In this document: piece by piece, positions 14,148 through 22,200 of the stretch | How positions within the stretch are numbered: the first letter of the stretch is position 1 | Layout of the letters: each line of letters opens with the position of its first letter | DNA from: Bacteroidota bacterium | GTDB lineage: Bacteria; Bacteroidota; Bacteroidia; Palsa-948 | Assembly: GCA_023251625.1 (NCBI GenBank) | Contig: JAHEYK010000006.1 | Span: forward strand, 26,229-50,228 | DNA: 24,000 nt | Direction: 5' to 3' | Made by a program: the position numbers and the translations under genes | Notes under the pieces: generated by a model | Database searches by the model: none | What the model was told of the DNA's origin: nothing | Seen by the model: the letters and a program-made list of their open reading frames with translations, nothing else

Positions 14148-15521
14148 TTATTCTTTCTTCCAGCTCTTTACAATATCCGCTTTGTCGGATTTTTTCACTT
14201 CCATTCCGCTTTTCAGAAGTTTTGAAACTGCGCTGTATGGACCATTCACCACTTCGTCACCTTCTTTTAGGCCTTCGGTTATTTCAATGGCTATGTTATC
14301 CTGAATGCCCGTCTTTACTTTTTGCAGGCGTACTTTTCCGTTGTCATACACAAAAACACATTCCTGAGGTTTAAAATCTTTTGGCTTGTTGTTCATTTCT
14401 ATCTGCTTTTGTTTTTCATCCACCACTTTGGTATCGTAATCATCCCTGTTCTTTTTCTTTTCATCTTTATTGATAGCGGAATCACTGCGTGTTGTCACTG
14501 CCTGAATGGGGAGCGAAAGTGCATTCAACACGCTTTTGGTATGTATATCAACCGTTGCAGACATACCCGGACGGAACGGGGAGAGGTTAGGATTTTTGGG
14601 GTCCATCAGATCTTTGTAAGAATCCTGAAGGATACGAATCTTCACCGAAAAATTTGTCACCTGATCTGCCATGACCCCTACGGTATTTGCAGAATTGGCA
14701 ATTTCGGTCACTATGCCTTTGAATTTACGCTCCATGTACGCATCGGCTTGTATATCGGCAGTATCACCCATATGCACCCTCACAATGTCATTTTCATTCA
14801 CATCCACACTTACTTCCATTTCGTTGAGATTAGCGAGTATCATGATCTCGGTTCCTTCCATCATGTTTGTTCCAACCACGCGTTCGCCTTTTTCTTTGCT
14901 GAGTTTGGCAACGGTGCCGCTCACAGGTGCGAAGATCGTTGTCTTGTGCAGATTTTCGGTTGCTTCTTTCTGTGATGCCTGTGCACTGCTAACGTTGAAA
15001 GTAGATGACTTTACTCCTGCCTCGGCCGATTCCACCTGGGCTTTTATAGATTCGTACGATGCTTTTGAATTGTCAAAATCAGCTTGCGAGATAGCCCCCT
15101 GTTCAAATAATTTTTTGCTGCGCTGAAATGCAGCTTCTGCATTGGCGAACTGTGCCTTCATTTGTGACAGCTGCGCTTTGGCTGTTTCAATGCTTGATTG
15201 AGAAGAGCTTACGGCTGCATTGGCGCGATCAACAGCCGACTGGTAAATATCGGGCTTCACTTTTACGATCATATCTCCCTTGTTGATATGGTCGCCTTCC
15301 TTAACGAGGAGCTCGACAATTTCGCCCGACACATCCGAACTTATTTTCAGCTGTACTTCGGGCTGTATCTTTCCGTTGGCAGAAACAGTTTCAATGATCG
15401 TTCTGCGCTGTACTTTTTCAGTGGTTACTTCTGCAGCTCCGCTGTTGGAACAGCTTTTTATCCCAAGTATGGTTACGATAATAATAATGCCGCTTGCAAT
15501 GAGTATAAGTGGTTTTTTCAT
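14148..15521 (-). CDS. Efflux transporter periplasmic adaptor subunit (HlyD/MacA-like membrane fusion protein)
   Basis: 457 aa. N-terminal lipoprotein-like signal (…ILGIKSCSN), a lipoyl-like motif (ISSDVSGEIVELLVKEGDHINKGDMIVKV), long coiled-coil hairpin heptads, and beta-barrel and membrane-proximal regions. It sits directly downstream of tolC. Confidence 0.9.
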   Translation of the reverse strand: MKKPLILIASGIIIIVTILGIKSCSNSGAAEVTTEKVQRRTIIETVSANGKIQPEVQLKISSDVSGEIVELLVKEGDHINKGDMIVKVKPDIYQSAVDRANAAVSSSQSSIETAKAQLSQMKAQFANAEAAFQRSKKLFEQGAISQADFDNSKASYESIKAQVESAEAGVKSSTFNVSSAQASQKEATENLHKTTIFAPVSGTVAKLSKEKGERVVGTNMMEGTEIMILANLNEMEVSVDVNENDIVRVHMGDTADIQADAYMERKFKGIVTEIANSANTVGVMADQVTNFSVKIRILQDSYKDLMDPKNPNLSPFRPGMSATVDIHTKSVLNALSLPIQAVTTRSDSAINKDEKKKNRDDYDTKVVDEKQKQIEMNNKPKDFKPQECVFVYDNGKVRLQKVKTGIQDNIAIEITEGLKEGDEVVNGPYSAVSKLLKSGMEVKKSDKADIVKSWKKE

Positions 15522-15527
15522 TTTAGG

Positions 15528-16967
15528 TTAAAGAGTTATCGGTTTACCCTGATAAAAATCCAGCACCTTCAATTTAAATACATAATCGTATTTGGACTGA
15601 AGCATATCGGATTTTGCTTTTATGAGTTTGTTTTTTGCATCATTAAAATCAGTGGCAGTTACAGCGCCTACGGTGTATTTTTGCTCGGTGTATTTAAATG
15701 ATTCTTCCATGGCATTCACGGCTTTGTGCGATGCCTGAAATTTTTTCAGGGAGGAGGCAGCATCATTAAATGCCTGCTGAATGGTTTTACGCAAATTATC
15801 TTTTTGAAGCTGGAGTGTAAGCACGGCACTTTCCAGGGAGATCTTTGCCCGTGAAATGCTCGCATATACTTGTAAATTATTGAAGAGTGGAACCGTGAGG
15901 TAGAATCCAACACTGCGATTTAGGTTCTGATCGATCTGATCGGAGAAAGGGGTGGTGCTGTAGCCTGCAGTTGAAAAATAAGGAGCTAAAACGGTATCAC
16001 CCGCTGAAGTTAATTCTCCATTTGGTTTAACGCCCTGAAAAGCAGGGAGGGTAGAAAGATGTTTGCTCACTGAAGAATATCCTGTTCCGTATGATGCACT
16101 CAGGGAAAGATGAGGGTACATGCCTGCCCTGGCTATGGAGATACCTCTTTCAGCTCCCTTCAGTTTGAACTCTGCGCTTTTTATTTCAGGCTGGCGTTTG
16201 AGAGCGGATTCATAGACCTGGGAGGAAGTAGCATTCAGCAGAACTTCGGCCGGAGGAGTCAGGTCAGGTTTTTCAATTGAAAAGTTATCGGCAGTATCTA
16301 AATTAAGCATCTGTGTAAGGTTGAGGGAAGAAAGGGCCAGGCTGTTCTCCGCATTCACCACGTTTACTTCTTCCGTTGCCATCTGAGCTTCTATGTCGTA
16401 CAAGTTCCCTTTGGGAAGATTTCCTACTTCCACTAATTTTCGGGTGCGTTCAGCCTGCAATTTTGTTATTCCCGATTGATTACGCGCCACTTCCAGCAAC
16501 TCCTGGGCAAATAGGATCTGCAAATAGGCAGAAGCAATGTTCAAGGAAATATCATTTTGCATCTTCAGTACATCCTGCTGCGATGCAAGCATGTTGTATT
16601 TACTTTGTTTGATCGTATTGAGATTCTGAAATCCGCCAAAGAGCGTAATGCTGGTGCTAAGCGAAAAATTTTGAGAAAGCGACCAATCACCTGTTGTAAA
16701 AGTATTGGTGAATGGGTCTACTTTTTTCCCGTTGTTATAGGAGTGAGATCCGCTGCCGCTCAGGCTGGGTAAAAGTTGCGCCTTGTTCTGAAGCAGGGTT
16801 GCTTCTGAAAGTCGTTCGTTCAGTATATTCTGCTTGACCTGAATATTATTTTTCAGGGCAAACTCAATGCATTGCTGGAGTGTCCAGGGTTTTCCTTTTT
16901 CCTGTGAGAAAGAGCTTCCCGCAGAGCCTAAAAATATAATTCCTATCAGAAAAATAAAAGTTCTCAT
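15528..16967 (-). CDS. tolC: TolC-family outer membrane efflux protein
   Basis: Two-fold repeated alpha-helical/beta-barrel OEP pattern (LQQCIEFALKNNIQVKQ…, ESALKRQPEIKSAEFKLKGAE…). I prefer ATG 16967 (MRTFIFLIGIIFLGSAGSSFSQ signal peptide) to the track start at 17012, which abuts the upstream terminator. Confidence 0.9.
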   Translation of the reverse strand: MRTFIFLIGIIFLGSAGSSFSQEKGKPWTLQQCIEFALKNNIQVKQNILNERLSEATLLQNKAQLLPSLSGSGSHSYNNGKKVDPFTNTFTTGDWSLSQNFSLSTSITLFGGFQNLNTIKQSKYNMLASQQDVLKMQNDISLNIASAYLQILFAQELLEVARNQSGITKLQAERTRKLVEVGNLPKGNLYDIEAQMATEEVNVVNAENSLALSSLNLTQMLNLDTADNFSIEKPDLTPPAEVLLNATSSQVYESALKRQPEIKSAEFKLKGAERGISIARAGMYPHLSLSASYGTGYSSVSKHLSTLPAFQGVKPNGELTSAGDTVLAPYFSTAGYSTTPFSDQIDQNLNRSVGFYLTVPLFNNLQVYASISRAKISLESAVLTLQLQKDNLRKTIQQAFNDAASSLKKFQASHKAVNAMEESFKYTEQKYTVGAVTATDFNDAKNKLIKAKSDMLQSKYDYVFKLKVLDFYQGKPITL

Positions 16968-17014
16968 AACGAGCGTAAATATACAAAAGTTGGAGGCATC
17001 AGTTTTACGCAAAC

Positions 17015-17047
17015 AAAAAACCCCGCCTCGATCATATCGGGACGGGG
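17015..17047 (-). terminator. Rho-independent terminator after the 657-aa cargo gene
   Basis: On the - strand: CCCCG (17047-17043) / CGGGG (17025-21) outer stem with partial inner pairing, followed by T6 (plus-strand A6 at 17015-17020). It lies 22 nt after the stop at 17069. Confidence 0.65.
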
Positions 17048-17068
17048 TTTCATTGTTGAAACTCAGAA

Positions 17069-19042
17069 TTATTTCTTGGCGTTTCTCAACAATTCAAGAA
17101 AGCCTTTGTATTTACTACCTGCAAATGAGATGATATAATAGTAGGTTCCGTCTTTTGCTTCGGAGCCGCCTTTTGTTTTTCCATCCCAGCAGGCACCGCC
17201 TCCGTTTGATTTATACATCTGGATTCCCCAGCGGTCATATACCTCCAGGCTGAAGCAACTATCCATCACATTACCTATAACGATTTGGCCGTTTACATCC
17301 ACAAAGAAGGGTTTGAAGCAATCATTATGTGTATCATTATTAGGCGTGAACACGTTAGGGGTTTTAAGTGTATTTGTACCGGCAACAAGCACCACCGCTT
17401 TGGTTATAGTGTCAGCACACGGAGTACTGATAGAAATAAGTGTAACGCTGTAAGTGCCGTGATTAATATACAAATGGCTTGGGTTTGTAAGATTAGAAGT
17501 ATCTCCGTTATCTAAAAAGATCCAGTGGTATGCCGATGCAAACTGGCTGGTTTCGGAGAAATCAACTGTAGTGCCGTCACAGGAGTAACGAGGGGTATAC
17601 GTGAAGTCAGAGACCGGTACATGGCCTACCGTAATAGTCTCCACGGTATCTTTTGTACAACCTGCCTGCGAAGTTACCGTGAGGGTTATTGTATGTACAC
17701 CGGGCGGATAAGTGATGGGTGGAGGATTCTGCCCGTTATATGAAGATGGGGTACCTCCGGGAAACTGCCAGTTCCAGGCAACTATACTTCCGCCTGTTAC
17801 CCAGGAGCTATCTTTAACAATTGCACTGCCTGTAGCACAATCAACAGAATAGGTGAATGCAGGGTGCATTACAGTAGGAGACAAATTAAAGATGAGATCA
17901 AAACCGCAGAGACTGATCGCTTGTGTAATGTGTACAGTATCGCTCAACCATTGTGAAGGGTGTGCCACAATGCTGCTGGTGGTTTCTCCGCTCGGAGACC
18001 AAGAGTAGGTAAATGCAGGATCATAAGGTGCAGCAAGCATGATAGAGTCATTACCAACACAAAACTGAGCAGTGCTAACCGCTCCGCAAGAAAAGTCAAG
18101 ATAGGTATAACCAAAATGTCCGCAGCGGGAACAATCGGCCGTAGTACACACCACGGTAACCTGCTGGTTGATGTAAGAAGAAAGATGCACACCCACCATC
18201 GTCCATTGAGAATAATATACAGGCGATGGAAGAGAATTAGAATAAGTGTTGCAATTAACATTGGATAAATTAGAAGTAAGAAATCCTGGGATTCCGGGAC
18301 CCGCCACATAGTGCTGGAAAGAACAAGGGATCGTATCTCCATTCTGATCCAGGATCACGAAATCAAAAAAGGGTTGTTCAGCATTTGTATGCGCAGCAGG
18401 GTTTTCCAGAACGGCCGCATATTGATACACAAAATTTGCATCCCCGGCTTTCACAATAAATTTATAGGTGATGCGCTCGCTTTTAGCCTGAATATTGTTG
18501 TTGCCTAGTTTAATAGAAAAAGGTCCGCCATAAGGAGAGGGCAGGGGAATAGGTTTAACATCTGCACAGGGGTCAGAACCTGAATTTACAATTTGGATTC
18601 TTCCTACGTTGGGTAAAGCCGTAGGCGTAAATGAGTTGGGAGTGCAGTTGCTTGCAACACTTGACCAGCACATCGTATCGCCTTTCCATAATCCAAATAC
18701 ACCTCCGTCCACACCAATACTGTCTCCAACGCAGTTGCTTATATTCACAATTTGGCCTTTGTTGTTTTGGCCAAGAACTATATCGCGGTACCTCATTGCT
18801 TTTTTTCTGCTCTGCTGTCCCTTTTCTTCAAGCCAGTTGTATACTTGATCATCAGTTTTTCCTTCACTTCTCATCTTTGCGATGTCGGGGAGTTCATTTG
18901 CATATTCAGGATTGGCCATAATGAGGGCTAGCCTTTCTTTCGGAGATAATTTCTGTCCGAATGAGTTGAATGCAGAAAATGCAAAAAGGAAAGAAACAAA
19001 GATCAGTTTTTGTGTTTGGGAGAACGAAAGAATTTTTTTCAT
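17069..19042 (-). CDS. Secreted T9SS cargo: unnamed N-terminal domain, two PKD-like domains and a type-B C-terminal sorting domain
   Basis: 657 aa. Signal peptide (LIFVSFLFAFSAFNSFGQ). PKD-like repeats (…WNWQFPGGTPSS…GVHTITLTV…; …YHWIFLDNGDTS…HGTYSVTLI…). C-terminus TPNVFTPNNDTHNDCFKPFF…YDRWG…CWDGKTKGG…DGTYYYII is the gliding-motility-associated (TIGR04131-type) domain. Confidence 0.85.
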   Translation of the reverse strand: MKKILSFSQTQKLIFVSFLFAFSAFNSFGQKLSPKERLALIMANPEYANELPDIAKMRSEGKTDDQVYNWLEEKGQQSRKKAMRYRDIVLGQNNKGQIVNISNCVGDSIGVDGGVFGLWKGDTMCWSSVASNCTPNSFTPTALPNVGRIQIVNSGSDPCADVKPIPLPSPYGGPFSIKLGNNNIQAKSERITYKFIVKAGDANFVYQYAAVLENPAAHTNAEQPFFDFVILDQNGDTIPCSFQHYVAGPGIPGFLTSNLSNVNCNTYSNSLPSPVYYSQWTMVGVHLSSYINQQVTVVCTTADCSRCGHFGYTYLDFSCGAVSTAQFCVGNDSIMLAAPYDPAFTYSWSPSGETTSSIVAHPSQWLSDTVHITQAISLCGFDLIFNLSPTVMHPAFTYSVDCATGSAIVKDSSWVTGGSIVAWNWQFPGGTPSSYNGQNPPPITYPPGVHTITLTVTSQAGCTKDTVETITVGHVPVSDFTYTPRYSCDGTTVDFSETSQFASAYHWIFLDNGDTSNLTNPSHLYINHGTYSVTLISISTPCADTITKAVVLVAGTNTLKTPNVFTPNNDTHNDCFKPFFVDVNGQIVIGNVMDSCFSLEVYDRWGIQMYKSNGGGACWDGKTKGGSEAKDGTYYYIISFAGSKYKGFLELLRNAKK

Positions 19043-19233
19043 ATGCTAAATATTAATGATGTTAATACCTGTTACTTCTTTGAGATGCAAACAGACCATT
19101 TATGGTTGCACGGATGCGCTCAAAAAGAGTGCAACAAAAATAGTATTTATGGTGGAATTTTGTAAAAAAACAACATATTTACTTACCTAACTGAAAAAAT
19201 CAATAAAAATGAGGTAATGGAGAGGTATTCACT

Positions 19234-22200
19234 TTACCGGAGCACGGTAATAAAGCCCTTTAATTGGATGCCTTTAAGATCGAAAATGTAATAATAGGTT
19301 CCTTCTGCAACCATTATTCCTGCCGTTGTATACCCGTCCCAGCAAGCCCCTGAGTAATCCGAATGGAAAACAGGGATGCCCCAGCGATTAAAAATGGTGA
19401 GATCGGCACAACCTTCAAAGCGACCGTTTGTATTTATGCGGAAGCAGTCGTTCACTCCATCGCTGTTTGGCGTGAATACATTGGCGCTTTGAATGGACAG
19501 GTAATCTGAAAGATTGACAATCGCAATTATTTTCTGCACTGTATCCTGACAAGGAGGGTTGATAGCCGTTAGAATGATGGCGGTGTTCGAATTATACGGA
19601 AATGTGTGAACCGGATTTTGCTGAGAGGAGGACGCGCCATCGCCAAAATTCCAGGACCAGGCATTTGCATTCAAGCTGGAATCCTGGAACTGAGCTATCA
19701 TCCCATCGCAGGCAAGAGAAAGTGTGTAACCGAAATTCGCTGTTGGGATTATGCCGATGGAAACATTTACGGAATCAATATTCTTACAACCGTTCACATC
19801 TGTTCCTGTGACAGAATATGTTGTAACTATGGTTGGTGTTGCATTCGGATTTGAAATGTTCGGATTACTTAATCCGGCAGAAGGGGTCCACACGTAGGAG
19901 ATCCCTCCGGTAGCAGTCAGTGCAACCGAATCTCCGGGACAAAGCACAGTATTTACTCCTGCATCAATGACCGGCAATGGATTTACCAAAACTTTTATGG
20001 TGTCAGAATTTAAACAGCCATTTGCTCCGGTCAAATTTACGGTGTAAGTTGTAGAAATGGTTGGTGTTGCAACCGGATTTGAAATAGTAGGATTGTTTAA
20101 AGAAGATGCAGGAGCCCAGGTATATCCAACTCCACCGGAAGCATTTAACGGAACGGAATCCCCAGCGCAAATAGCGGTATCATTCGTACTTGTAACCACC
20201 GGAAGTGCAAGCACCGTTACATTTACCGTATCCATATTTGAACAAGAGTTTGCGTCTGTTGCGGTGAGCGTGTATGTGGTGGAACTTGTTGTTGTAGCAA
20301 CCGGATTTGAAATATTCGGATTGCTCAAAGTGCCTGGCGGGCTCCATGAATAAATTTGTGCCCCGCTACCAGTGAGTGTTGCAGCATTGCCGATGCAAAC
20401 CGATACATCCGCGCCTGCACTCACCACAGGCAACGAATTCACAAACACAATGGCCGAATCAGAATTTGTACAGCCGCTTGCATTTGTTCCGGTCACGGTA
20501 TAGGTTGATTGAGAAGTGGGCGAAACAAAAATAGTTGTTGTTGTTGCGCCTGTACTCCAGTTATAAGTTTGTGCCCCGCTACCAGTGAGTGTTGCCGTAT
20601 TGCCTGTGCAAACCGAAACATCCGGGCCCGCACTCACCACGGGGGATGCATTTATAAATACAATTACCGAGTCAACATTTGTACAACCGCTTGCATTGGT
20701 GCCGGTCACTGTATAACTGGTTTGAGCAGTAAGTGTAACCACAATGGTTGTGGTTGTTGCCCCTGTGTTCCAGCTATAAGTTTGTCCCCCGCTACCAGTG
20801 AGTGTTGCAGTATTACCCGAGCAAATTGAAACATCAGTACCTGCACTCACTACAGGTAAAGCGTTTACAAATACAATAGCAGAGTCAGCCTTGGAACATC
20901 CGTTCGCATCGGTTCCTGTCACAGTATACGTTGACTGAAAAGTTGGCGTAACAGAAATACTTGTGGCGGTCACATTCGTACTCCAAACATAAATAGTTCC
21001 TCCGCTGGCAGTGAGCGTGGTGGTATTTCCCAGGCAAACAGAAAGATCCGGCCCCGCATTAATATTCGGAAGAGGATTTACTTTTACGGTCACGGTATCT
21101 TTTCCGGTGCAAGTATTGCTGGTAGTTGTAATAATGTATGTTGAAGTGCCCGCAGCAGGAGGAGTTGCGATGGGATTTGCAATGGTTGTATTGTTCAAGC
21201 CGAGTGCAGGAGACCAAAGATACCCGGTCACATTGGAGGGAGCTGTGGGGTTGCCTCCAAGTGTAGCGCTTTGACCAATACAGATCGAAATATCATTTCC
21301 TGCATGTGTAGGGACAACAGGAGAACTTGTAATGGTTACGGTATCCCAGTTTGCGCAGCCGTTCGCATCCACAATATTTACGGTATACGTTGTAGACGCT
21401 GCGGGGGTTGAAACAGGATTTGAAATATTGGGGTTGCTTAGTGTTCCCGCAGGAGCCCAGCTGTATGTGGTTCCGTTGGATGAGCTCAGAGTAACGCTGA
21501 AGCCGGGACAAACCCATCCGGGTTTTGGTCCTGCATTGGCAAGAGGAAGAGCATTTACAACCACCTGAATGACATCGGTATTCGTGCAGGAGTTCGCATC
21601 CGTAATAGTGAGCGTATAATTTGTTGTGATCGTTGGATTCGCAACCGGATTTGCACAAGTGGTGCAGCTCAGTCCCGTTGAAGGGCTCCAGGAAAAAGTT
21701 CCGGCACCAACCCCATTAAGAGTGGTTGAACTTCCGATACAAATTGATTTATCTGCACCTGCGCTCACAGCGGGCATGGGCAATGTGGTCATTGTCATCA
21801 TATCGGTGCTCGTGCAATTATTAAGCGTTACCACCAATGTATATGTTGTGCTTGCAGTTGGCGAAGCAACCGGGTTCGAAATGTTCGGGTTGCTTAAACT
21901 AGCTGCAGGCGACCAACTGTACGTTGTTCCACCGCTTCCATTCAGTGTTGTATTTATTCCCGGGCAAACGGTAACATCGGGCCCTGCATTTGCAACAGGA
22001 GCCGGCCCTACAAAGACCTGCACCGTATCTATATTCACGCAGGTTGTTGCAGCGGAGGTGGTAACAGTATATGTTGTTGTTGAAGTTGGCGAAGCAACCG
22101 GATTTGCCACAGTTGTATTATTTAATCCTGCAGCGGGACTCCAACTATACGTAGAACCCGGAGGGCCGGTCGGGCTTCCTCCTATCGTCACAGAACCGCC

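Noticed and set aside
14322-15126. Plus-strand ORFs of 217 aa and 151 aa antisense to the efflux adaptor gene
   Set aside because: They lie entirely within a well-supported minus-strand CDS. Their translations are His/Phe/Ile/Cys-rich and look like no known protein, which is typical of antisense artefacts.
16968-17012. Track start at 17012 for tolC, and TTG 11595 for the sigma-54 activator
   Set aside because: Position 17012 abuts the upstream terminator T-run and adds 15 residues in front of a good signal peptide that begins at ATG 16967. Position 11595 is a TTG overlapping miaB, whereas ATG 11604 follows the miaB stop by 2 nt.
19105-19135. Hairpin GTTGCAC-N17-GTGCAAC as the terminator of the giant adhesin gene
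   Set aside because: It has only a 7-bp stem with a 17-nt loop and no T-run on the minus strand after it. It may be regulatory for the downstream 657-aa gene, since a CAAAAATA/-7-like box overlaps at 19135-19142. I could not find a properly spaced -33 element, so I make no call.
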